From Vicugna vicugna (taxonomy: Eukaryota): DNA of 64,000 bases. Of this stretch, positions 1 to 13,463 are shown piece by piece (position 1 is the stretch's first letter; every line of letters starts with the position of its first letter). The notes under the pieces were generated by a model that saw only the letters and a list, made by a program, of their open reading frames with translations, ran no database searches and was not told the DNA's origin. The position numbers and the translations under genes were made by a program. The stretch covers positions 806,001 through 870,000 of the forward strand of contig MU057801.1 in NCBI GenBank assembly GCA_013265495.1, written 5' to 3'.

Positions 1-1611
1 CTTTCCCTGCCTAACTTTGACCACATTTTGCCCCACAACTCAGCCATTGCCTCCAGACACGATTCGTTTTCCTTTTTAACTTCCATAGCTGGAATCATTC
101 CAGACACTTAGACCTGCCAGCTCTGTGGTTTCCAGATACCCTACATGTTAATGTATTTTATTTCCAAATTTGTCATTCATCAGAATTTTTCATTTTGGAA
201 GGATTTTTTTTTCCACTTTGACTAAAATATCTTGTGCCTGCACGTTAATCCTGATTGTCATGAATATTATGTTAATTTTGATATCTGGAAAAATTCAACT
301 TTGAGCCACAGATATCCCTGTCTGGTAGGTTCATTGCGCCTGCCCTCGGGCGTAAGACGCTCTAGTCTGTCAGGCACCCCATGGGTGTCCACGTGGATGT
401 TACTGCCACCAAGGGCAACCCCAGGCTGCCTGTTTTGATTGCTCATGGGACTCTTTGCATTCTTATTTTCTGTTAGGGAAAAAAAGCTACAAACTAACAC
501 ATTCAAGTGTTTTCCCTGTATCAGCTTTCACCCTGAGATGCCCCCGAGAACCTACGCCTACCGAAAACTCCCAAGAAAGAAGGGATGACGACCCTTTATA
601 AGAAGGAAATGCAAAACCCAACGCTCAAGAAACAGGAAACCCAATTCATAGTTTCCCAGATGATGTGTTACTGTCCCCTGAAAAGATGTATTATTTTCTC
701 CTCCTAAAGAATTCTCCTATTAGTTCCTTTTCTAATAGGAAACTGTTAGTTTCTTTTCTTTCCAAATATCTGTCAGGCAAGGAGATTTAATACTGAACTT
801 TAAACTTGACTATAAATCACTTTATATGAGAATTTCAATTCAGAAAAGACTCAAAAACTTTTGGAAACTGTACCACCCATTTTGACATGTCTGATGGGTG
901 CCTGATAGCAAAGTAATGCCCGAAGGGAAAGAAACCTAACCGTTCCTCTAAATTTATTCAAGCAGATGTGTTCAGAGCTGTGCCTTCCAACCACGACGTC
1001 GTCTGCTTTGGATATATTTTCATTTCTTTTATCATCAAAACAGTAATAACATTTCAGTATTAAATCGTGGATATACATCAACATTAGAGAAAAATAAGCA
1101 CATGAGGAGGTACCGTGAGAACATCTATAAGTAAAAAAAAAAAAAAACCTTTGAATGATAATGTGAAAAAATCAAGAATCATGGAAACCATCTAAATAGT
1201 AAATACGATTTGAATAAAAGATGATGCACAAAGGCTACCGAGACAAAGTTACAGAAGGTCAGAAGCCAGCAAAGGTGTGTTCATGGCCTCACACCTGCCC
1301 CCAGTGTACAAAGGGCTGCCACTGGGCTTCATGTTAGACCAGGCATATCTCTTAATTTACAACTGGGTGTTAGAGTTTCTAAAAATGAATGCAGATTTTG
1401 GAATGTCAACAAAAACTATTTATTCAAAACGGAGAAATTCACCATACTGTTTGCTTTCCTTGCAAATTCCTGTAATTTTCTAGAAAATAAAAAGAACCTC
1501 AAAATAATTATTGGGAGAACATAATCATTCTTGGGAAACACAACGTAAGAATACAAATTCTTTTCCTAATCTACATATGGACATAAGTCTTCAATTTAAC
1601 TATTTTTACCT

Positions 1612-2110
1612 GGTCTTGCAGACAGGATTCTTAGTTGCAAACAACAAAAATTGACTGGCTATTTAAGCAAAAGACAATTCTTTCGAAGAATATTGGCTGT
1701 CAAAATCAATGGGGGGTTGGAAAACCAGGCTTAGGAAATAACTAGAGAATTAGATCCTGATGCAGCACGGGGGCCTGCAAGGGTCCTAGAGCAGAGCATG
1801 CGAGGCGGGGGGGGGGGAGCAGCACGCTGTGGTTTCCATGACAATGAGGGCCCTCCCTCACCCCTTCGGTTCTCAGGCTCAAAGTCTCCAGAACATCCGA
1901 TTGTGTAAGCGTTGGTCAGAGGCCCCTTTGTGTGGCCACCCCTGAGGCTCCTCTGGGTCAGGAAATCTGAAGCGGCAGAGCTGTTTGCGACTAGGAGGTG
2001 GGCGCTACCCCCTACCCAGAAGATGCGGGAGAGGACCCGTCTCCCCGAGAAGCAACGGAGTGCTTTGCTGGAGGAAGAGATGCTGGGTGCTGAGTAGCTA
2101 AAGCAACCTC
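1612..2110 (-). mobile_element. Ancient MaLR solo LTR (MLT1K/L-like)
   Basis: Begins caggattcttagttgcaaacaacaaaaattgactggctatttaagcaaaag and ends gatgctgggtgctgagtagctaaagcaac, resembling recalled MLT1K/L termini; heavily diverged. Confidence 0.6.
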
Positions 2111-2824
2111 AGCAGCGATAAATCAGCGCGCCTTCTGCAGAGCAGCAGAGAGGTCGGGTCATCAGTACCCACGACGCTGTCCACGTGAATGAGCGCGTGC
2201 CCGGGGCATGGCAGTGGCCACTTACAGGGCTGACCTAGAATTAAGATCTTGTACTTCACTAAGATGGTCGGAAAACATAGTTGACCGCTGTTGATACATC
2301 TTTATGGAAGAATTGCATTTGATCGTTTCTCCCCCCAAAATTTTAACTAGGAAACACCTCAGGTCACTTACACATAGGACGTGTGTGAATTACGCAATTA
2401 CTAAAATCCTCTTCAGGGAACAACTGAAAAGCATTGAATCATTTTGTTGCTTTTGTTTAACCAAAACTGAAGAATTCAAATGCCTCAGAGAACATGACTG
2501 GGGACTTCTCCTGATGTTTTCAAAACACCTGGCTTCAGGAGTTTCACAGTGACAGCAGCCTTCTTCATATGCCGATGTTTACCTTCTCTGGTCTGAGTGG
2601 AAGTACCCGCCATGTGCCACACTGGTATTTATCAAGTCTCGTTGGCCTTCTTGGTAATCTTTCCAATTCAGTCAGGTGACTTAACACAGTCTCTCCCTGT
2701 GCTGGTTTCATGCCCAGTGATGCAGTTATAAAGATGATGAGGGCCCAGCCTCAACCCCCAGACAAGTCACAGGCTAACAGAGGAGACAGACGCCTAACTA
2801 GATCACAGTCATTCGTGCCTGTGA

Positions 2825-2935
2825 CACATGCAAGGCACTGTGGGAGACAGCAGAAAGGACTGGGCAGAGGCAACAAGGGGAGGGCTCAGAGAAGGCTTCC
2901 TGGAGGAGGTGACACTTGAACTTGGAAAGGAACTG
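2825..2935 (-). mobile_element. L2 LINE fragment
   Basis: gctcagagaaggcttcctggaggaggtgacacttgaac is a typical antisense L2 signature. Confidence 0.6.
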
Positions 2936-3204
2936 AACATGCCCCAGGCCAGGCTAGGAAGTAAGATGCAAGGGGCTGTGTGATATCACCAGAAGCAGTT
3001 TGGTTCTGTGTGGTCGTTACCCAGATCGGTGCTGTGGTGGTGCTCAGCATACTACAGGGGTTGCAGACGTGTGTGTGAGTGTTCTTGTAGCCCGTGAAAA
3101 CAGCAGGGCCAAATGAGAGTGAAGGGTGGCGATGCCAAAATGAGACAGAACAAGTGAGCTTCTTCCAAATCTGTGGCAGGCAGGAGGGGATGACAGAAAA
3201 GGCA

Positions 3205-3362
3205 AGTGTTCTGAGTCCCCGTCCTTCCCCCTCGCTAGCTATGTAATCTTAAGTGGGTGACTTAATTTTCCTCATCTAGAAAATAGAGACAAATCTGCAT
3301 TGGGCTCTTGATTCTAAGGAGTAAATGAACATAAAAAGAATTGGGCACAAGGCCTGGTACCC
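3205..3362 (+). mobile_element. MIR SINE
   Basis: ctagctatgtaatcttaagtgggtgacttaattttcctcatctagaaaatagaga resembles the MIR core. Confidence 0.6.
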
Positions 3363-4019
3363 AAACGTTCAGTATATATCATTTTGTTTCTCTCTTCTCT
3401 CCCACTCCCAGAAGATACAGACAAGGAGACTCCTGCTTGCTAAGATCGCCCATTTGTGTGCACGTTTCATTTCTGAATATGTTGAAGAGGAGGGGTTTAC
3501 GCAGCTGCAGTTTTCTGTGGTTTTCCGTAGTTTACGCTGGACGCCATTGAAGCGATGTCCCAGAAGCTTTTACACCCCACTTTTATTGTGTGCACTCCTT
3601 AGTAAGGGGGGGCGTTTTCACTGATGCCCCCGTCGCACCAGGAGAAATATCTGCATCTTTTTGGACCTTAAGTGATGCTGGAAATTTCTAATCCAAAGGC
3701 TCCTGGACCTAAATGTGTAACTCAGCAGTTTGTCCCCGGGTATATTTTACTTCCTCTGGTGACCATAAGACCAACCCTGTGACAATTTATGGATCTTTGC
3801 CAAGTTAAAGTAGTAATTCACATTCTTGTAAATCAGATTAATAATTTAAGCTATCCTAATCATAAAAGCAACAAAGTAACACCTCTAAAGACTAAAACGT
3901 GTGCCTTTAACCTCTCCAAAAGATACCAAATGGCATTTTTCTCCATCACTTAAATGTTCATTTTTAAAATCGAAGTAATAGACTTCTTTCCTTGAGCCTC
4001 TTCATAATCCTAGCCTTTT

Positions 4020-4156
4020 CTCATTCATTCATTCATTCATATTCGCTCATGTGTTCAGCAAACGTTTACTGAGTTTCTTTCTGCCAGGCACTTGTTCTAG
4101 TCACTGAATAAACTGAGACAAAACAGACAGAGTTGTTGTTCCTAAGGAGCCCATTA
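4020..4156 (-). mobile_element. L2 3' end with (TTCA)n tail
   Basis: tcattcattcattcattcat...cagcaaacgtttactgag...tgccaggcact is the antisense L2 terminus. Confidence 0.75.
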
Positions 4157-5204
4157 CACAAAGGAAATGTGAAGTGGTTTTTATTGCCAACTTCCAGAGA
4201 ATATTGAGAAAAGTCCCTCATTTTCATTGCAAACCTTTGTGTAATTCTGTCTCACTCCACATATGATGAAAGATTGTGACTTTCTGCCCGAAGGCCCTTC
4301 CTCACTGTGGGAGCCCACGTGGTCCGTGCATGGGGCCAGGTGAACGCACCACAGAGTTGGTGGTCTCGGAAGCAGCCCTCTACAGTGACAGACAGGGAGC
4401 TGATGGATAAAGATCCCAGCTCCCTCACCTTGTGAGTGGAATAACTCAGGAATGTTGTGGTCACCTGCCTGATAATGGACCCCATCAGGGCCACCCTCCC
4501 TACCCCGTCCCATGCCCTCACTCCCACCACAGTGTCTCCTGGGATCCCCTCCCACATCCACTACTTGCTCTCAGATCTGTTTCAACCCAAGAGAGCACTG
4601 AGTCTCACAAGAGAACACAGTCAAAATAATAAACTGAAAGTGTTCACAGACCAATACCTGGAATCCACAGTCTTTCTTTGCCAGCGCTGAATTCAGCTAA
4701 GTAGGAACCAATACTGTAAGTTAAATGAAAATGAACTAAGTTGATGAAATTCAAACAAGACAAATCTCAGGGCTTCTAGCTGGATGACAGATAGACAGAT
4801 AGACGACAGATAGATGGCGAAGGCTGGCTCCAGCCATCTACACGACCAATCAGTCTAGACCTAGCCTGGGGTAGAGTCAGGCAAACTGCCCACTTGGGGA
4901 TGGAGGCTCCAGCCTTTACCACCTAACCCTGAGGAACTCCATGAAACCTGATTGATAGAAAAACAACATCACCTCTGGCTCCTCCTGCAACTTGCTCTGC
5001 TTACTCAGTGCTATGCTTCTTAGATTTGTTTTCAGTGTTGTGATATGTACTCTTATTTTAATCGCCTCCTAGTAGTCCGAGGGCACGAACGCCGCACAGC
5101 GCGCTGGTCCGTTCTCCTGCAGGTGGGTGTTCAGACTGCTCTAACGTGTCGTGACTGCAGCCCGTGCCGTGGCGACGGTCCCGCCTGTGCCCAGCCCCAG
5201 TGCA

Positions 5205-5228
5205 TGTGTGTGTGTGTGTGTGTGTGTG
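5205..5228. repeat. (TG)12 microsatellite
   Basis: Read directly. Confidence 0.95.
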
Positions 5229-6444
5229 TACGAGTGTGTGTGCATGCAGGGCTGCTCGGCTAGGTCCGCGGGAAGCGGGCTTGCTGGGTGGAAGACCCCA
5301 GACCCACAGCAGTGGTCCCCTGCGGCGGTGGGCGCGGTGAGAGGGGGTCCTTGAGAGGCATGTGCGTGCTCAGTGGTGCCGGGCTCATCACTCCTGTGCT
5401 TCTTGATGCGTCTGAAATACACTGCTCATAATTTTAAAATACACGAATCTACTCCGGTTTTGAATTGACCAGAGACCGCTCTTCCCTGGCTTTCCTTTGT
5501 TGCCTCTACTTGTTAAACTTCCTCCCAAGCACACGAATTACTGGAATTACTGATGTCCCCAGGAAGCACGTACTAAAGAAATGGACCGTCAGTTCTGTGC
5601 TAAACAATCAGTAGGGGGAAAAAAAGGAATTATTTCATCGGTGACTAACAGAAAGTTTTTCTCTGACTTAAAGTTTTTCCTTCTTCCCCTAACTTAAAAA
5701 AAAAATCTATTTGTAGAATATTGACTTAGGTAAACAGCCCTCACCTCTTGGGGAATTCCAGGATCTGCTTTCCCCGTCAGCGCGGAGAGCCAGCAGCTCT
5801 GGGAGAAGAGCCATGTAGGTCATTTCAGGCTTTCATCCTTTGTTAATTCAAGTCAATAAAAAGAGTCGGCCAGGAAGGTGACTCAGGGTTTGGCTTGCTC
5901 TGGCGTCCTTGATTAAGATAATAGCAGGTTGATTTGGCTTATTTCGTTCCTTTTCACCACCGTATTCTTGCCAGAAATGAGATAAAATGGCCATCAGTTC
6001 CTTTCCCACCTCCCATCCATTGATTTTGGTCAAAAATTTTTTTTTCACCAGATTGATGTGATTGCACACGAGACGTCTGAATTAGGTAGCCCAGGTTTTC
6101 TCTCACTTCCTCACCAAAAATTCCATCCATGGCGCTATCGTTCAAAAATAGAAAGTGAGCATGAAGACCACGGGAGTTTCCATCAGGAGGAACCGGGGCT
6201 GTGACTCAGCTGTTTGCTGGCGCTGAGCACCTCATCAGGGCGCAGCCACTCAGACGCTGCGTGGAGGGGACACCATGGGTAAGGCAACTTTCCTCTTTCT
6301 GAGTGTTCCCTTTAGTTTAGAGACCTCAGCATCTTTTAAAATATTAATGAGACCTCAAGGCACTTCTAGGCTAGCAGCTGTCAGGGCATCAACAGTTTAC
6401 CTCAACTAGTCAATAGAAATAGTACTTTGAAAACACTCATGGCG

Positions 6445-6668
6445 AAAATTCATAGAGCATCTGATCTGCATGAGGCACTGTGACTGGTTTTTTACTGCAC
6501 TATTTTCAACTATCTCGTTTAATCCACACAATGTCTTTGTGAGGTAGAGATGACTATTATCCCCTTTGTACAGGTGCAGGGCCTGAGGTACAGAGAGGCT
6601 CAGTAACCCACCTAAAGTTGCACAGCTAGTAATGCTGGAGCCAGGCTTGGAACCCAGGCCGCCTGCTC
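6445..6668 (-). mobile_element. MIR SINE (second MIR core fragment at ~6700-6780)
   Basis: attatcccctttgtacaggtgcagggcctgaggtacagagaggctcagtaacccacctaaagttgcacagctagt is the antisense MIR core. Confidence 0.8.
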
Positions 6669-6990
6669 TTCCCCTTGTGCTCTTGGTTCCTTTCCCACGC
6701 CGAGGCTCAGTGGAGCTGGATAACTTGCAAATGGTCACACAGCTGTCAAAGGATGGAGCCAAGGTTTTAATCCAGGTCATCATCTTGTGAAGCCTGAGAT
6801 ATTAGTTATAACCTTTCTGCAAAAAAAAAAAAAAGGAAATCAAGGTCCTTCTTTGGTTTATTGTCAATTTATACAAGAATCTCATTTCTCCCAATTACCA
6901 AGCCACCTCTGAAACACTAGCCAACAGTTTCAAATGATAATGGATGCTGTGTATATGAAGGCCACGCCCCTGGAAGCAGACATAGGGACC

Positions 6991-7460
6991 AAAAACAGGC
7001 AGAAGATCTAAACAGACATTTCTCCAAAGAAGACATACAGATGGCCAATGGGCACATGAGAAGATGCTCAATATTGCTAACTATCAGAGAAATGCAAATC
7101 AAAATTGCAGTGATGTATCACTTCACACAGATCAGAATGGCCATCATCAAAAAGTCCATAAATAGTAAATGCTGGAGAGGGTGTGGAGAAAAGGGAACCC
7201 TCCTGCACTGTTGGTGGGAATGTAAATTGGTTCAGCCACTATGGAGAACAGTCTGGAGATTTCTTTAAAAACTGAAAATAGGGTTACCATATGATCCGGC
7301 TATCCCATTCCTGAGCACATATCTGGAAAAGATGTAAAGTATAATTTGAAAAGACACATGCACCCCAGTGTTCACAGCAGCACTATTTGCAATAGCCAAG
7401 ACACGGACGCAACCTAAATGTCCCTTGACAGATGACTAGATAAAGATTTGGTGTGTAAAG

Positions 7461-7516
<56 letters not shown>

Positions 7517-7988
7517 ATATATATACATACACATAGTGGAGTATTACTCAGCCATAAAAAGAATTTGCAGCAACATAGATGAACCTAGAGATGGTCATAC
7601 TAAGTGAAGTAGGTCAGACAAAGATAAACATCATATGATATCACTTATATGTGGAATCTAAAAACAACCGATACAAATGAATTTATTTACGAAACAGAAA
7701 TAGACGCAGGCATAGAAAGCAAACTTACGGTTACCCATGGGGCAGGGAGGGTAAATTAGGAGTTTGGGATTAGCAGATACAAACCACTGTATATTAAATA
7801 GATAAACAACAAGGTCCTACTGTGTAGCACAAGGAACTATATTCAAGATCATGTAATAAGCCATAATGGAAAAGAATCTGAAAAAGAATATAATTACATG
7901 TATAAAACTGAGTCACTTTGCTGTACACTGGAGACCATCACAACATTGTAAAACAACTGTACTTTGATTAAAAAAATTTTTTTTAAAA
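6991..7988 (+). mobile_element. 5'-truncated L1 (ORF2 C-terminus plus artiodactyl-type 3' UTR)
   Basis: ORF 7041-7268 encodes the ORF2p Cys motif [26 protein letters not shown]; 3' UTR ...gataaacaacaaggtcctactgtgtagcacaagg...; A/T-rich tail. Confidence 0.95.
7469..7510. repeat. (AC)21 microsatellite inside the L1
   Basis: Read directly. Confidence 0.95.
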
Positions 7989-10900
7989 GGAGGAGAAAGA
8001 AATTTGTTATTTCACACAACCAAGAAGTCAAATGTGGAGTTGGCCTCGGGGTTCAAGGTTCACGCTGACTGGCCCCCCCCAACTCTGCTCCACCCACCCT
8101 CTCCTCCAGGACCCTTGCAGCCTCCGCCCCCCACTTCCCACAGGATGAGGCTCAGTCAGGAGCTCCCACGAAAGCCCTGTGCTGACCCTCACCGGGCAGC
8201 ACCCCTGTCACTGCAGCTGGGGGACGGAGGAACACCAAACCACCTGTGAAAGGATGAGGGATGAGAGCTCCCCAAAGAAACTGGGGGCTGTCAGGTGACG
8301 TACGATGAACAACCGTGGAGGGGAGTCGGATACCCACAGAGGCCACTGCAGGTCAGAACCACAAGACGGAGGGGAGTCCAGCCCCGCAGGAACCACCTCG
8401 ATGCCACCCCGCGCTCAGCGCTGCACCACAGAGATAAATGCACCAATATCAGCTGACGACCTCCGGTGATGGGCTGGAGACCTGTTGGTGCGAGGAATGT
8501 TTTCTACTTTATTCTCTTGCTGAAATGTGAGAAACCTGCCAGAGACGCGTAGCAAACATGAGATCGCTGTGCCTGATGCTTCCCCTGTTACACAAAGATG
8601 TCCTCACCCCATTCCGGGAAGGGCAGCACCTGTGTCCGACAGCTGCCTGGTGACCAGGGGCTCCCTCCGGCCCCCAGCCTCCCAGCAGCCCTAGAACTGA
8701 GCATGCCCTACGGAAAGGAGGCTGCAGAAGCGACATTTGGTGGCCTGCCGAGAGTTTTCACACACTCAGAGAATCCCCCGGCCAAAGCCTTGGGTCCTCT
8801 CTGCTCACCCAAGAGGCAAACAAGCCCTTCCACAGCCCCGTGGGATTTTTTAAAGAAACATTTAAGCCTTCTGAAACACTTTTTGCTCATTCATTTTCCA
8901 ACATCTTATTTTTAAATTTTTAAACTTTTAAATTAAAGTCCTGAGTGAAATGACTTGATTTTAGACCTTGGGGGAAAAATTGCCAATAACCTGTTTCAGT
9001 TTTTGATTTGTGAAACCAAAGGTTTTGAAGATTGATTCACGGAAAGAGAAGGGTGACAAGAGACAGACAGAGGCGAAGACAGAGAATGCAGACAGAGGAT
9101 GGCATTGGGAGGCAGTTGAGTGACCAGACCTGGAGTGTAACGCGGGCTTCTTGGCTCAATCACTTAATGGTTGTAGGATTAAAATTTGAGGCAAATTCCC
9201 TTTCTGAGCCCAAGTTTCCTCAAAAGTAACACGGGGACAGCGACCATGAAGGGTGGCTCCAGGCACCGGGGTGGGGGACGCCTTCGGTGGCCTGGGCTGC
9301 AGCGGGGCTCAAGGCATAATCCCTCCTGTGGGTGGAGGTCTTGCCGTTGCTATGGTTCCCCCCCCCCGCCCCCCTGCCGCCGTGTTAGCTGCAGACCGGC
9401 CTCTGGTCCTCCCATTCTGAGTTTATCCTCCCGAAAATTCACTCTTCTGCCAGTAAAGGAAATGGCCTGGAGCCCTCTTCTCAGACATTGTCGGGACAGA
9501 GGAACCAGTGCTCACTGCGTGTTTACTCAAGCGAGGGGGTTCAAACTGCCTGCTCTAGTGGTCGCTGGGAAGGGCTGCAGCTCTGTGGGCTGGGCCTCTG
9601 TGAGGCTGCCGGCCGGGGATGAATAATCAAAGTCCTGCCAACACAGAGTGCCCTGGGCCCTCCTCCAAGCAGCCTCCCATTTTCTCTATCACGCTTGTCC
9701 CCTCTGACCCCCTCAAATGGCCACATCTGTGCTGTGCTTTCGCCAGGAGCTCGAGTTTTAAGGCCTCCACGCTGCCCTTTCCCAAGCGGGCAGGTTCTCA
9801 GCAGCAGCTCCCCTGAGGCCCCCGCCCCCCGCAGACCTGGCCGAGAGGGGCTGGAGTGGGTCCCAGGTGCTGAGGGAGGCCAGCTCCTGTCCTAGCAGAC
9901 TGCAGAAAGAGCCACTCCAGCCGGCATACAAAGCAGAGGGCCAGCAAGTGCCCTTTTGCATACTGACACCCTCCTGGCAGGAGAGCCCACGGAAAACTCG
10001 GCCTGATTGCATAACGTCCTGCTCCCGGAGGGCCAGGACTCCTGGGTGGAGGGCTGCTTCAAAGCAAGCAAAAAGCACCCTGAAAGTGTGCTGGGACTGG
10101 AGAGAGACCAGTGCAAACCCAAGTGTGTTCAGAAGAGGCTGTGAAGTGTCACCCATCTCTGCCCATCAGTGGTGGCATAAGACATTTGTTCGAGACGCTG
10201 GGATTGTAAGGGGATTGGCCCCAGCGTGGACACCCACGGCTCACCCCACTGGCGCTCCAGTGGGATCGCACCCTTTAACGCGCAGCAGGGCTTGGGGTGC
10301 GGAGAAGAGGGAGCCCCTCCTAGGGTCCGACCTTATCCTGAGCCCCCACCTGGGAGCCAGGGAAGACCGCTAACTCCTAATTCTGCCAGCTTGACTGTTT
10401 CACTGTCGTGTGAAGAGAAGCTGTCTTTCCCGTTTCTGTCTCTTTGGCTTCTGTCCCAGAATCTTTTGCAAAATGGCTTTTTGGAGGTTTAGGAGGACAA
10501 TATAGGGTCCTTGGGGATGAGGTCCTCTCATGCCTCCTGGGGCCATGGCCCTTGGTACCCCTGGTTCTTGAACCCCCACTGGCCTTTGGGCGGCAGTCTG
10601 TGGCTGGGGCTCTCGGGGTCCTTGTCCTTACAGATTTGTCTTATGTTTTTGATGACTTCTCTCTGTTCTTCACCCTCTTTTACCTTCACTCCCTAAACAG
10701 AAGGCAGGTATTGCTCAAGGTCCAGCCTGAGCTTTTCACTCTCTTCCTGCAGAGTGAATTCACCCACATCCAAAGTGAGTGGGGAAAAGTACTCAAGCCC
10801 CTTCCAACACTGAACGGTAGACGCCCCGACACCCCCGCTGGGGTACACAGCGGGTGTCAGCCATCGTCCTCTGGCTGGTCAGCATTGCTTTCGCTCTCCC

Positions 10901-11074
10901 TGACGCAGACCCTCAAACCAGGCTGCATCCCACGGATTCCTCAGCACCCACCTGGCTTCTGCGGAGGTGTTACCTCCCCGACTGAGCCGGCCCCCAGGGA
11001 GTGAGCTCCGAGCCCTCAGGTCAGCCCAGGAGGGGCCTGGGAAAACCGCATCTCAGGGCCGCTACCCGCAGTGA

Positions 11075-11245
11075 CTCAGCTGAGACCCGGACACAAGCAT
11101 GTGATGCAAATCGTTCCTTTGGGAGGTGCTGCCAGGAAGCACTGGTGGGGAGTGAGAAAGTAAACAGGGAAAGGGGAGCCATGAAGGCTCGCATTAGCAA
11201 GCTAACTGCCGCTGGGCAACGGGCTTTATCCCCGCTCCCCCCTCC
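11075..11245 (-). mobile_element. ERVL LTR fragment (LTR16-like)
   Basis: tttgggaggtgctgccaggaagcactggtggggagtgagaaagtaaacagggaaagg resembles antisense LTR16-family 3' part. Confidence 0.5.
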
Positions 11246-12279
11246 CGCCCCCCAGACGGGGGAGCTGAAGCAGCGCGCGGGAGGGCGGCAGAGGGAGCGG
11301 ATCGGTGCGGGGGGCGCTGGGAGAACGTCCCTGCTCTTAGACGGTGTACACGGGCGTCTTCAGGAGTCAGCGCTGTGATGCGTTCCTTCAGGAGATCCAA
11401 GGGAGAGAGAGAGAATATACTGGAAAATCCTGATATCAGCAAGGAGGAAAGGAAGGAAGTGTCTGCTGATTGAAAGCCTGAAGTTGACGGAGGTCCTTTA
11501 GGTGCAGGCTGCTAACTGAGAGAACGGGACTAAGAACAACAGGTACCTAAATCCCACCAGGCAGGGAGAGAGCCGAGCCCCGGGGGGCAGCGCCTACGCT
11601 CCAAGTCAGAAGGAGCCGGAGCGGAGGCTCCGCCCAGACGTCCCGGGATGCAGCTCCCTGTGAGGCGGGAAGGGAGCAGGAGGGTGGCCACGCCCCAGGG
11701 CTCAGGTCCAGGGTTATCAGAGGGTGTTTGGTTGGACGTTGTGAGGCCTTCAGCCTGTTCCTCCACCTGTGACTTACGGCTGGGATCCATGGCTTCAAAT
11801 TCATTTGCGGCTGAGTGATATGAGTCCTACCTGGGAGATCCCTTGGTACTGTAACCATATTCCTCTAACCTATGGAGCAGAACAGTTTCTGCTGGATGAT
11901 GGAGGTCAGGTGTGCAATAAGGGAGCCCAGTGGAGAGCTCGGGAGAATAAAGACAAGAGCTGGAATCTCAGGGCTCCCTGTACCACTCTTGACCGCCGCC
12001 TTCCTGCTCTGCCATTTCACCCTTGACTCGTGATGGTGAGGAGTAAACCCAGGGAGGTCCAGGACTGTAGGTGGGCACCACATCTGCACCAGTACAGAAG
12101 GGACTCACCCTGTAATGTGGCCTCCCCTAACTTCTCACCCCACCTCTTGGCCTTTCTGGATGTTCCCCCCAGAGTACCAAGTGCTACCTGACACTCACTC
12201 TGTGTCATCTTCCCGCCTGACCCAACCTTCCTTCCCCATGCCCCTCTTTGTGACAACAGCTCCAAAATGTTCAAAATCC

Positions 12280-12990
12280 AGACAAGTTGCTTTCCCTCTA
12301 TCCTCTCTCCTCCCCTTCTTCACTGAAACTTCCATGAAAGACCATCTCTTCTGCCTTTGACACCTCCTGAGTCACCCCTTCAGCACCCACCCACCTGGAC
12401 GAGGAAGCCATTCCTGTCTAAGTGCTCTTTCCTTCACTCTGGTCTCTCCCTGTCTGCTGCTGTCTGCCCACTGATGTCAACCATTTCAACCCTCCTGCCC
12501 CCCAGCAGCCTCCCATTATCCATCTCATTAGTCCATGTCTTGGATCTTTAATTTCTCATATCTGAGAAGTCACTGCCCCATACACTTCCCCCTTCAAATT
12601 GACTCATAGCCATCTTTTTTCCATCATTTCCATCGCAGTCCCCTTAATCCTAGCCCTCATTCTCCAGGAACCCAGCAACCCCTGGCCTCCATTTCAGTCC
12701 CTCTGCTCTCCCCTACGTTCCTCCACGGCACTAATCTTGCTTCAGCATCACTTCACCAGGCCACACCTCTGCTCCAGAACGCACAATGGCTCACCATTTC
12801 TTACCACATCAGATCTAAACTTCTTTGTCTGTCTGTCATCATCTGACCCTACTCCCTCATTTTCCCACCCCATCCCCACCTTTCTCCTGTTCCAAGCCAA
12901 GCCTCCTCCACCCTCTCTGTTCTGTAAACTTCCTATGCTTGGTCCTAAGGCACAGTTTTGCTGAGACTTTTCCTCTTCTGTTCAATCAAA
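12280..12990 (+). mobile_element. L2 LINE fragment(s)
   Basis: Pyrimidine-rich; cacacctctgctccagaacgcacaatggctcaccatttc resembles L2 consensus. Confidence 0.55.
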
Positions 12991-13463
12991 ACCTATTTGA
13001 CTTGTTAAGGTCTCTGGGAACTTTCATGGCCATTTATCCACTCTAGTCCCATGTTCTATTGATGTTAGATCCAGCGTGTTGGGGGCAGCAGATGAGATTC
13101 TACAGGGGTAAGTTGGGACCAAGAGTCCAGGAAACCCCACAGAGGCAGCTGGGCATCAGGGCCCTAAATACAGCCTGTGAGGGAACCTGTCACACCAAGG
13201 ATAGTTCTGTGGGGCTGGGTGCAGGAGCTAGTGCCAAGCCTGGGCAGCGAGTCTGTGACAGAAGACTCCAGTCCCCAGAAAGACGCAGGCGTCTGAGTTT
13301 GAAATGCATTCAGAAGCCATAGTTTCAGTTCACCTAGGAAGGACAGGTGGGAAGAAGAGGAAATCAGGAGGCTGGGGGCATAAGGGTAGCAGGGATGGTT
13401 CTGGAAGGCACAACGCAAAGCTCTTGGCTCCTCCATGTGCATCTTGTGCATTGGCTTGAGCTC

